A stretch of 27,470 nt of DNA from Promethearchaeota archaeon (GTDB taxonomy: Archaea; Asgardarchaeota; Lokiarchaeia; Sigyniarchaeales; SOKP01). The notes beneath the pieces were generated by a model, which searched no databases, was not told the DNA's origin, and saw nothing but the letters and a program-made list of their open reading frames with translations. The position numbers and the translations under genes are program-made. Where the stretch lies: positions 156,176 through 183,645 of the forward strand of contig JAHPZI010000002.1 in assembly GCA_019058295.1 (NCBI GenBank), given 5' to 3'. Positions 19,703 through 27,470 of this stretch are shown here, piece after piece. How positions within the stretch are numbered: the first letter of the stretch is position 1; every line of letters starts with the position of its first letter.

Positions 19703-20563
19703 ATGGAAGAGTTAAAATCAAAAGTAAGAAAGAAAGGACTCGAGTTAGGGATGGATTTAGTTGGTTTTACTGATCTATCTCGTCTTATTAATGCTCCAAA
19801 ACGATTTCACGCGACGGACTATTTACCAACAGCAAAATCAGTTATCGTTGTGGGTTGTCACTTTCCCGAAGGAAGCGTGGAAAACTGGGTAAAATCGCCT
19901 TCTTCATACCAGTATTATGGATATGCTCTAATAAATAAAGAATTAGGACGTGCTTGCTTGCATATTTCTAAATTGGTAGAAAAAGAGGGATATAGATGTT
20001 TTCCGATAGTTCCAACAGGACACTCAAAAGATTGGGATCATAAAAAGCAATTAGGAGAATTTTCCCATAGACATGCTGCTGTTGCCGCAGGTTTAGGTGA
20101 ATTTGGGTACAATAGACTTGTTATTACACCTCAATTTGGCAATCGGATACGATTTTGTTCTATAATTACCGACGCACCCTTTGAACCCGATCCTATGTAT
20201 GATGGACCTGCATTATGCGACCGATGTAAAAAATGTATACAAGCATGCCCTGGAGATTGTCTTGATGAGAGTAAGCTTTTAGAATGTCAAATCGGTGAAA
20301 AAAAGTATGAATATACCACTCTTTATCATTTTAAATGTTTTTACCACCTCCTGGGATTAGGACCGAAAACTGGAGCTGGTATTGATATCAAGGGACCTAA
20401 GAAAAAAGGAGAACTTTCACAACTTGGATTTTTAAAACGCTATATAAAAGCTTTTATTCTTCGATTTCAAAAATATCAGTATATTTCCCGTCAACAAAAC
20501 GCCGTGGATTGGTTTGAATTCTGTGGACGTTGCTTACATGTATGCAATCGACCATTAAAATAG
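19703..20563 (+). CDS. QueG/reductive dehalogenase-like cobalamin- and Fe-S-binding protein
   Basis: SHRHAAVAAGLGEFG, TPQFGNRIRF..IITD, CDRCKKCIQACP and C-terminal CGRCLHVC. Confidence 0.85.
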   Translation: MEELKSKVRKKGLELGMDLVGFTDLSRLINAPKRFHATDYLPTAKSVIVVGCHFPEGSVENWVKSPSSYQYYGYALINKELGRACLHISKLVEKEGYRCFPIVPTGHSKDWDHKKQLGEFSHRHAAVAAGLGEFGYNRLVITPQFGNRIRFCSIITDAPFEPDPMYDGPALCDRCKKCIQACPGDCLDESKLLECQIGEKKYEYTTLYHFKCFYHLLGLGPKTGAGIDIKGPKKKGELSQLGFLKRYIKAFILRFQKYQYISRQQNAVDWFEFCGRCLHVCNRPLK

Positions 20564-20709
20564 CTCAATTTAATAATTAAAGAAAAATAAAAATGAAGGT
20601 GCCCAAAAAAGGCCAGTTTAAATTAATAATTGAAATTTATTATCTAAATTGAATTAGACATAATTATCCTTTGAAAAATAAATCTAAGATTGATTTATTT
20701 CTAAATCAT

Positions 20710-20756
20710 AAAAAAAAAGAAAATTTAAAAAAAAATTTTATAAAAAAAATAAAAAA
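20710..20756 (-). terminator. Oligo-T tracts downstream of actin (archaeal-type terminator candidate)
   Basis: Several T5-T9 runs on the minus strand beginning about 40 nt after the restored actin stop (TAG 20800-20798). Confidence 0.45.
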
Positions 20757-20797
20757 TTATATATATTAAGGCATTTATCTCGGTTCTAAAAGCATCC

Positions 20798-22004
20798 CTA
20801 GAAGCAACGATGTATAACTTGAGGCCCCATCTCTTTGTATTCGTGAAGTTGGTAAAATCTTCCAACTTTTTCGCGACGAGTCACCCACATTTTTCACGAT
20901 TCAAGCGTTCTCGCTTGAAACTCTATGAAATGTTTTGAGTGACGAGAGAATTGAGCCGCCTATCCATACGGAATACATACGTTCTGGTGGTGCAATAATC
21001 TTTACATCAACAGACTCAGGGATTTGTTCTTTTATTTCCTTGGTCAATCTTTCTTTAATGCCTGGGAACATAGTAGAACCTCCAGAGAGCACTATATTGC
21101 TGTAGAGATCTCTTCTTAGGTCGACATCACACTCGGAAATAGCGCCTACGATAACATCATCTAAAGGCTCTAATTCTTTCCCGATTACTGATGGATTAAA
21201 TAAGCATTCAGGGCCTAGAAATCTTTCTACACCTACGTTAATTGTTTCACCATCAGGAAGCATGTAGCTCTTTTCCATTCCAGCTACTTTCTTGCTAAGC
21301 ATCATCTCCTTTTCAGGATCAATCGCTACATAACAAAGCTTCTCTTTGATGTCTCTAACTATTTCTTTCTCTGCCGAAGTAGTAAATGAATATCCTTTTT
21401 GTCTGAGTAATCTTTGTAAATATGTCGTTATATCTCTACCTGCTAGGTCTATTCTTTGGATGGCGTGACTTAAGGCGAAACCCTCGAAGATTGGTACAAC
21501 GTGGGAAACACCATCACCAATATCAATAACGCATCCAGTAGTACGACCAGAAGCATATAAAGACAATACCGCTTGCATAGCAACGTATAATGCTGGAGTG
21601 TTAAACGTCTCAAACATTATTTCAGCCATTTTTTCTCTGTTTGGCCTTGGATTTAATGGAGCTTCGGTTAAAAGTACTGGATGTTCACTAGGATCAATGC
21701 GCAAATCGGTGTAAAATGTGTAATGCCAGATCTTTTCCATTGCTGTCCAATCTTCAATGATACCATGCTCTACAGGGAACATTAGTTTTAAAACACCTTT
21801 GAGTTGCATTGCTTCTTCTCCAATGTAATACTCACGGGTATAATGTTCGACATCAGTCATTATGCTTTCATACTTAGGATAACCAATTAACGTTGGAAAT
21901 ACGGATCGAGGTTGATCCTCACCGGCAAATCCATTTTTAGAAATACCTGTACCATTGTCAACCACTAAGGCCTTAGCATTTAAAAAGCTTTCATCTTCTG
22001 CCAT
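20798..22004 (-). CDS. Asgard actin (Lokiactin), three exons: join(22004..20923,20891..20870,20839..20798) gives 381 aa
   Basis: Actin motifs [60 protein letters not shown] and [13 protein letters not shown]. The ORF track ends aberrantly in VSSENA*. The missing actin C-terminus [20 protein letters not shown] lies just downstream in another frame, interrupted by two hairpin inserts. Confidence 0.95.
20840..20869 (-). other. Putative BHB-type mRNA intron 2 in actin (30 nt, in-frame)
   Basis: Minus strand: GT CGCG AA^A AAGTTGG AAGATTTTA CCAACTT CACG AA^T AC. It has a 7-bp inner stem, a 4-bp helix CGCG/CACG (one C.A mismatch), two 3-nt bulges and outer pairs GU/AC. Excision gives CGC GAA TAC (R-E-Y). 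Confidence 0.75.
20892..20922 (-). other. Putative BHB-type mRNA intron 1 in actin (31 nt, frameshifting, contains in-frame TGA)
   Basis: Minus strand: ACATT TCAT AG^A GTTTCAAGCG AGAA CGCTTGAATC GTGA AA^A ATGT. It has a perfect 8-bp inner stem, a 4-bp helix UCAU/GUGA and bulges AGA and AAA. Excision gives CAT AGA ATG TGG (H-R-M-W). Confidence 0.85.
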
Positions 22005-22076
22005 TTTTCAATTTCAACTCATATTTTATTAATATTTTTTAATTTCGGTTAATATCGTGGAATCTAAGATCCCTTG

Positions 22077-22092
22077 GTCAATTTAAATTGAC
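22077..22092. promoter_or_regulatory. Perfect 16-bp palindrome upstream of actin
   Basis: GTCAATTTAAATTGAC, about 70 bp upstream of the actin ATG in the divergent intergenic region. Confidence 0.4.
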
Positions 22093-22359
22093 AATTTTTC
22101 AATCCATAAATTCTTTTTGAATTGACATTTATTTTTTTTATTATTATCCATATATTTGTTTTTTAATTAAAAAACCAATAATTATCGATAATTTGTTCTA
22201 AATAAAAAATTAAATAATTAATAAAACTAAATCTTTATAAATTTTTTTTAAACCATAATGTAAAGATTGAGATTTTTATAAATTCATTAAAAAAAAAGAA
22301 TTTTTATTTATAGATTTGGTATGATAGTAGCCTAATGACGTATAATTTCATTAGTCTTT

Positions 22360-22378
22360 TTGATCAAATTTTGATCAA
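22360..22378. promoter_or_regulatory. Tandem TTGATCAA palindromes, candidate operator upstream of the wHTH gene
   Basis: TTGATCAA-ATT-TTGATCAA with 11-bp spacing (one helical turn), about 90 bp before the ATG at 22471. Confidence 0.4.
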
Positions 22379-22470
22379 TTCACTATTCTCTGAATTGTGA
22401 AATTGCAAAATATTTAATATGATAACATTCCTTATTACCAATAGATTTTAATTGATAATACTATGAAGAT

Positions 22471-23010
22471 ATGAAGTTTGATAATTTTTTTCAAGCCGCT
22501 CGTATATTGAAATACATATTAATCAACCCTAATTGCACCATCCCTGAGATCAGAGACTATTTTAATGTGAAACGCTCTAATCCACCAAGCACCGAAGAAA
22601 AGAATATTTATAAACTAATCTCATATCTTGATAATTCTGGTTTTATAGTTAAGAAAAATAGTGCTGAAATTTTACCCAGAGGTGCACATTATTCTCTTCA
22701 AGGTACTCAAAAGGGATCAGACACTATTAAAAAATGTACAAAATGCTTCTCTGATATTCCACTTAATTTTGCTTTTGAAAACTTTGATTTAAGTGAAAAA
22801 GATAAGACTAAAATTGAAGAGTTATCGACAGATTTTTCGAGATTTTCTTACGAGATTCTTAATAGTTTAATGCAAGGATTGCTTGATGAATTACCTTTAG
22901 ATACGAGACGGTTCCTCCGCTCAAAACGACCAAGAATAAATAAAATCATCGAAAAATACCATCAACGCATTCAAGATAAGATTTCAAATATCATTGATTC
23001 TTTAACTTAA
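22471..23010 (+). CDS. Winged helix-turn-helix protein, putative transcriptional regulator
   Basis: 'ILKYILINPNCTIPEIRDYF...IYKLISYLDNSGFIVK...YSLQGTQKG' follows a wHTH pattern; helical C-terminus. Confidence 0.65.
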   Translation: MKFDNFFQAARILKYILINPNCTIPEIRDYFNVKRSNPPSTEEKNIYKLISYLDNSGFIVKKNSAEILPRGAHYSLQGTQKGSDTIKKCTKCFSDIPLNFAFENFDLSEKDKTKIEELSTDFSRFSYEILNSLMQGLLDELPLDTRRFLRSKRPRINKIIEKYHQRIQDKISNIIDSLT

Positions 23011-23011
23011 A

Positions 23012-24457
23012 ATGAATTTAACTCCGAATTATATTCGAAATAATTTACATAAATTAGGGATAAAGGAGGCATTCTCCCTCTTAAAAGAGCTAATTTCTAA
23101 TTCAAACGATTTAAATTTAAGATTAGAAGCGTTAGAGTTTTTTGGAACAATCGAAGATGGCAAACATTTCAAATTTTTTGAACAACTTTTTCTTTCTGAC
23201 GAAAATATTGAAATTAGGATTAGATGTGGTAAAATTTTAAAGGATAAATACTTAAAACATAAGGGAATTGTTCCGCTTTTAGAATTCACTCTTTTTAATG
23301 TGAATAATTTTGAACAAAAATTTCTTGCTGTAGAGATATTAAACATTATAAATACTACACAAACAAGAAAGATTATTAAAAATTTTATAAAGACACATAT
23401 TAAAGTAAAATTTAGGGACAAAAAAGAAGAATTTCCAAAAGAAATCTTCATTCACGATTACGATATTCCTATCTCTCAGACAATATTAGAAATTTGCTTT
23501 AATTTAATTCTTTATGAATATTTTATAAATGAATTTGGATATAATGTTACTTTGCGGAATGGCCTTATTATTTTATTAAATTGTGAAGGTTCCAATTTAA
23601 AAAGTATTAAAAATATAGACGCTATAAGTAAACTTACGCATTTAGAACACTTACTTGTTCAACGGAATAAGATTATAAAAATAGAAGGTCTTGAAAGTCT
23701 AAAAAACTTAAAAACCTTAGATTTATCTAAGAATAATATAAAAAACATTGAAAATCTGCAGAAATTAAATAATTTGGAAGAATTAGATTTATCTTACAAT
23801 CAGATAAAAAATATAGAAAATTTTGATTCTCTAGTAAATTTGAGTAGATTAAATTTAGAATTTAATTCAATAACAGCTATTAATGGATTAAGGAAATTAA
23901 ATAATCTGGAAGAATTAAACTTAGGTCATAATAGAATTTTAGAAATTAAAAATTTAGAATTCTTAGGAAAATTAAAAAAATTAAATCTCTCATATAACCA
24001 AATTGAAAGGATAACAGGATTAGAAAAATTGGAAAATATAAAATTTCTCTATCTCAATTATAATAAAATTTCTAGGATTGAAGGTTTAGAGGCTTTGAAT
24101 AATATTAAAGGACTTTATCTTTCAAATAACATAATAACTCGAATTGAAAATTTAGATAATTTAATCAATTTAACACAATTGGTGTTATCTTATAATAAAA
24201 TTAAAAAAATTGAAGGATTGGGTAATCTCTTAAAACTTAACACTTTATATCTTGATAATAACAGTATAAAAAAATTGGAAGGTATTAATAATTTAAAAAA
24301 TTTAAATCAACTTTATCTTGTGAACAATCAAATCTCTGTATATAATAATAGAAGTATCGAGAAATTAGAAAAATTATACTATATATTCTTAAATGGCAAT
24401 CCTCTAACTCCTGAAAGTTGGCTTCGTTATAAAAAAAAAATGACTAAATATCCATAA
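23012..24457 (+). CDS. HEAT-like repeat plus leucine-rich repeat protein (SDS22-like 22-aa LRRs)
   Basis: About 12 LxxLxLxxNxIxxIEGL repeats ending in the LNGNPL cap; N-terminal HEAT-like helices (LRLEALEFFG, IRIRCGKIL). Confidence 0.9.
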   Translation: MNLTPNYIRNNLHKLGIKEAFSLLKELISNSNDLNLRLEALEFFGTIEDGKHFKFFEQLFLSDENIEIRIRCGKILKDKYLKHKGIVPLLEFTLFNVNNFEQKFLAVEILNIINTTQTRKIIKNFIKTHIKVKFRDKKEEFPKEIFIHDYDIPISQTILEICFNLILYEYFINEFGYNVTLRNGLIILLNCEGSNLKSIKNIDAISKLTHLEHLLVQRNKIIKIEGLESLKNLKTLDLSKNNIKNIENLQKLNNLEELDLSYNQIKNIENFDSLVNLSRLNLEFNSITAINGLRKLNNLEELNLGHNRILEIKNLEFLGKLKKLNLSYNQIERITGLEKLENIKFLYLNYNKISRIEGLEALNNIKGLYLSNNIITRIENLDNLINLTQLVLSYNKIKKIEGLGNLLKLNTLYLDNNSIKKLEGINNLKNLNQLYLVNNQISVYNNRSIEKLEKLYYIFLNGNPLTPESWLRYKKKMTKYP

Positions 24458-24525
24458 AGGAATAAATTAAAATTTTGAATTTATTTTAATTTAATATAGT
24501 CAATAAATCTTCAAATTTAGTAATA

Positions 24526-25356
24526 ATGACTCAAGATAATGAAATGACATCCTTCAAACCTCGATTAATTAAAGAAGACGATTTATATGGTAAGGAAGGT
24601 TATACATTAAACCTTATAAAACCTAATATTTATCAATTTGAGTCTCGTGGTCCAGGATCTCATGTCTATCTTATAATTGGAGATTCTTTAAATGTATTAA
24701 TTGATACGGGTATTATCACGAAATTTAATAGTTTTAATTACTTACTTACGAATCAAATTGGGTTAAGTGTTGAAGACATCAATTTAGTTATCAATACACA
24801 TGAACATTTTGACCACATTAGTTCAAATGCGTATTTTCATTGTACTATTGCAGCTCATAGATGGGCGGCTACGAAAATCGAACACACAGATGAATTAATA
24901 ACTAAAGGAAGAAAATGGGGTGTAGATCTCAGCGATCTTCGCATTAATATTTGGCTCGAAGATAGAAATATAATAGATTTAGGAAATATTTTTTTAAAAG
25001 TAGTAGAAACACCAGGACATACTTCGGGTTGTATTTGTCTTTATGAGCCTTTTAAACATTATATCTTTACTGGAGATACTTTATTTAAAGGTGCAATAAC
25101 AAATATTTATGAATCCGGTTCTATTTCTGAGTACATTAATTCATTGCAAATTTTAAATACATTGAAAATTAAAGAATTTTATCCGTCTCATGGAAAATAT
25201 ATTATAGGCGAGAACAATGTAAAAAATGAAATCGCATCATCAATTGATAACGCTAAAATGGAATTAAATAATTTCGTTAATAAAATAAAAAGTAGACCTA
25301 TTGAAGGTTTAAGGCCTCCACCATCTCTATATGACAGAGAGGAAGAGGATTTATAA
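24526..25356 (+). CDS. MBL-fold metallo-hydrolase
   Basis: LIDTG, THEHFDH (HxHxDH), TPGHT, FTGDTLF and YPSHG motifs. Confidence 0.92.
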   Translation: MTQDNEMTSFKPRLIKEDDLYGKEGYTLNLIKPNIYQFESRGPGSHVYLIIGDSLNVLIDTGIITKFNSFNYLLTNQIGLSVEDINLVINTHEHFDHISSNAYFHCTIAAHRWAATKIEHTDELITKGRKWGVDLSDLRINIWLEDRNIIDLGNIFLKVVETPGHTSGCICLYEPFKHYIFTGDTLFKGAITNIYESGSISEYINSLQILNTLKIKEFYPSHGKYIIGENNVKNEIASSIDNAKMELNNFVNKIKSRPIEGLRPPPSLYDREEEDL

Positions 25357-25428
25357 ATTCTATGGAACAATAGCTTTAATCTCAACTGGTTCTCTGCATT
25401 TATTATTTATGCTATTATTTGATAATTT

Positions 25429-26025
25429 TTATGATACAGATTGACCACAATAATTACAAATTTTTAATTTTATAGAAAAGTAATCCCCGCAACCAGTACA
25501 TTTCTGAAGCTTTCTTTTAACAATTTCATTTGCCACGTTCAGAAACGCATCTTCAACATTTTCTCCTGTTTTTGCCGACGTCTCAATTATTTCAGCACAC
25601 CAATTTTGCTTTGCACAATATTTTTCTGCTTCCATCTTAGTAATTTCTCGTTTATCCTTTAAATCTATTTTTGTGCCAATTAAAACTTTAATAATATCCT
25701 CACTAGCATATTCATTAACAATCTCAACCCAGCTATTAACGTCATCTATAGTCTCTTTATTTGTGGTATCATATAATATTAAAGCTGCGATCGCACCTTT
25801 TATATACTGAGGCAAAAGAGACTTATATTTGTCCTCTCCTCCCATATCCCATATGGCTAAATCCAACTTGACCGATTCATTTCTTAATTCGATTCGTTTC
25901 CTTTTAAAGGCAACTCCAATAGTTTCCATCGTCCTTTCGTGAAAAACATCATCACAGAAACGTGCTATCAAGGAGCTTTTTCCTACATCCTTGGCGCCCG
26001 CAAGTACTATTTTATACTTTAACAT
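25429..26025 (-). CDS. Rab-like small GTPase with C-terminal zinc ribbon
   Basis: G1 GAKDVGKS, G2 TIGVAF, G3 WDMGG, G4 TKID, G5 ETSAK; C-terminal CTGC...CNYC. Confidence 0.92.
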   Translation of the reverse strand: MLKYKIVLAGAKDVGKSSLIARFCDDVFHERTMETIGVAFKRKRIELRNESVKLDLAIWDMGGEDKYKSLLPQYIKGAIAALILYDTTNKETIDDVNSWVEIVNEYASEDIIKVLIGTKIDLKDKREITKMEAEKYCAKQNWCAEIIETSAKTGENVEDAFLNVANEIVKRKLQKCTGCGDYFSIKLKICNYCGQSVS

Positions 26026-26190
26026 AACTCTATTAATTTTTTAGAAGTTCTACTTTAAGATAATAAATTCAGCTCTTAGAATTCCTAATTTATTTCTTAT
26101 AACTAAAATATTAATATGTTTTATGAAATAAAAATTTAAAAAGTTATGTGTAAAAATTATGATTTTTTTGTTTGGTTTTCTAAAAAAAAA

Positions 26191-26769
26191 TTAATTATGG
26201 ACATTTTTATGTTTTTTTAAGTAATCGTCAATCCATAGTTCCATGATTACCTCGTCGTAGTAAATCGAGTTCATATAAAATTGTTTTTTTTTTAGTCCGA
26301 CTACTTGAAAACCTATTTTTTTATAAAGATGTAAGGCACTTTTGTTAGTTGAGAAACAACTTAATACTATTTTTTCTTTATTATTTAAAATTTTAGATTC
26401 ACGAATCGCCGAATCTATAAGGGTGAAACCTATTCCCATGTTGCGATATTTTTGACTAACAATAATTCCAAGGTTTCCAACATGAGTGGCTGCTTCCCAT
26501 TCTAGATTTGATATTTCACATTGTCCAATAATGTTAAAAGGGGATTTCAGGGTTGGAATTTCAGCTAAGATGCAAATTTCTCTCTCCCTTCTGATATTCT
26601 CGTACCAAGAGTCTTTTTCTACATCTAATATGACTGGTGTAAAAACTGGCAGATATATTCCTTCTTCTAATACATCGTTAAAGTTTTTCCAAACACCATC
26701 TTTATCGGACTCCTTTAAATGTCTAATGATAACTTTTTCGCCGTTTTTAAGCTTAATTGTTTTTTTCAT
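26191..26769 (-). CDS. GNAT family N-acetyltransferase
   Basis: Acetyl-CoA motif A 'VSQKYRNMGIG' and 'NKSALHLYKKIGF'. Confidence 0.9.
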   Translation of the reverse strand: MKKTIKLKNGEKVIIRHLKESDKDGVWKNFNDVLEEGIYLPVFTPVILDVEKDSWYENIRREREICILAEIPTLKSPFNIIGQCEISNLEWEAATHVGNLGIIVSQKYRNMGIGFTLIDSAIRESKILNNKEKIVLSCFSTNKSALHLYKKIGFQVVGLKKKQFYMNSIYYDEVIMELWIDDYLKKHKNVHN

Positions 26770-26840
26770 TATAGATATTCTATTATTTTTAATATTTGGA
26801 TGGCAATGTTTGGATAATAATATAATATTTTTATAATTAC

Positions 26841-27305
26841 ATGATTTATTTTAATATTATGGATATTGAAAAAGATGAAGATGAAGAAAAAGAAGATATC
26901 ACAAATTTATCACAGCAAAAACCTACTCAAGATAAAAAGAAGATTGTTGCAAAAGATTTAGTTGAATTAAAGCATGTTGAAGTTAAAAAACAGGAGATGA
27001 GTAAAGAAACAAAGAATTTAGCAGATACTTTGAAAAAAGTTGGACAAATGGAAGGTGTATCTGAAGAACTTACTAATGATGAGATAACTATACTTGAATC
27101 TTTCGTAGGAAAAAGATTATTCCTAAGGCGAATAGCAATTGTTGTTAATCAGAGTAGAATACCATTAGGAATTGAACCATTTAAGAAAGAAGAGTTAGAA
27201 TTATTACTCGATCGGTTGATTCATAAGGATTATATAAATTTTGAGATTGTCAACCAGGAAAGAGTTTACTTTCTTACAGATAAAGGAAAAGAATTCCTTC
27301 AATAA
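26841..27305 (+). CDS. Hypothetical protein with acidic N-terminus and C-terminal winged helix (start possibly the ATG at 26859)
   Basis: 'LELLLDRLIHKDYI....VYFLTDKGKEFL' is a typical wHTH wing/end motif. Confidence 0.65.
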   Translation: MIYFNIMDIEKDEDEEKEDITNLSQQKPTQDKKKIVAKDLVELKHVEVKKQEMSKETKNLADTLKKVGQMEGVSEELTNDEITILESFVGKRLFLRRIAIVVNQSRIPLGIEPFKKEELELLLDRLIHKDYINFEIVNQERVYFLTDKGKEFLQ

Positions 27306-27470
27306 GATTGAAAAGATCTTCTTTCGACAACTTATTTTTCTTAATTTCGAGATTTTTAAAAAAGTCTTAAATGATTTCAAAAGAAACATAAATTTATATT
27401 ATTTTATTATTAACTTAAAATCGAGTAAAAAAATATTTTAATTCTGTGATATATATTGGAAGCTTTAATT

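Noticed and set aside
20798-20922. Actin as a pseudogene, or inserts as MITE or transposon footprints
   Set aside because: The rest of the gene and the displaced C-terminus are intact, the inserts are unrelated in sequence, there are no shared terminal repeats or consistent target duplications, and BHB geometry predicts the exact restoring lengths.
20892-20922. Programmed frameshift, stop read-through or selenocysteine at the TGA (20903-20901)
   Set aside because: Read-through stays in the wrong frame, and a simple frameshift would leave about 10 foreign residues in a conserved segment. Matching take-off and landing codons for ribosomal hopping are absent at intron 1.
23640-24410. 66-bp periodicity suggesting a DNA repeat array
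   Set aside because: Fully explained by 22-aa LRR coding repeats that are diverged at DNA level.
777-27441. Short antisense or overlapping ORFs in the track (e.g. 777-983, 2202-2450, 2847-3359, 3293-3517, 8899-9676, 12782-13543, 16443-16670, 17011-17851, 18898-19143, 23029-23451, 25188-25385, 26486-26836, 27204-27441)
   Set aside because: They overlap well-supported genes and have the Ser/Phe/Ile-rich composition of shadow ORFs, with no recognisable motifs.

Overview
AT-rich chromosomal region of an Asgard archaeon, most likely Lokiarchaeia. The assignment is inferred from a Lokiactin-type actin, a Rab-like small GTPase, an SDS22-type LRR protein, the archaeal EF-1beta/Zn-ribbon gene pair and a multi-PAS histidine kinase. 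The window also encodes MutS and MutL, IorA/IorB, an orphan 2-oxoacid:ferredoxin oxidoreductase gamma subunit, a radical SAM/SPASM protein, a QueG-like Fe-S protein, a lipase-like hydrolase, GT87, MBL-fold and GNAT enzymes. The main observation is that two conserved protein-coding genes look broken in the ORF track but are interrupted by three short (30-31 nt) hairpin insertions. Two lie in the 3' end of the actin gene (20892-20922 and 20840-20869) and one lies in iorB (17374-17404). Each folds with its flanks into an archaeal bulge-helix-bulge (BHB)-like motif. Cutting after the 2nd nucleotide of each 3-nt bulge, the tRNA-splicing endonuclease rule, restores the reading frame and the conserved protein motif in all three cases: actin ...[25 protein letters not shown] and IorB ...GSEMHGLAQREG. 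This points to endonuclease-spliced (tRNA-type) mRNA introns in an Asgard archaeon, including a 22-nt micro-exon in actin and a possible nested intron in iorB. Splicing itself is inferred and needs RNA evidence. No tRNA, rRNA, CRISPR array or transposase was recognised.
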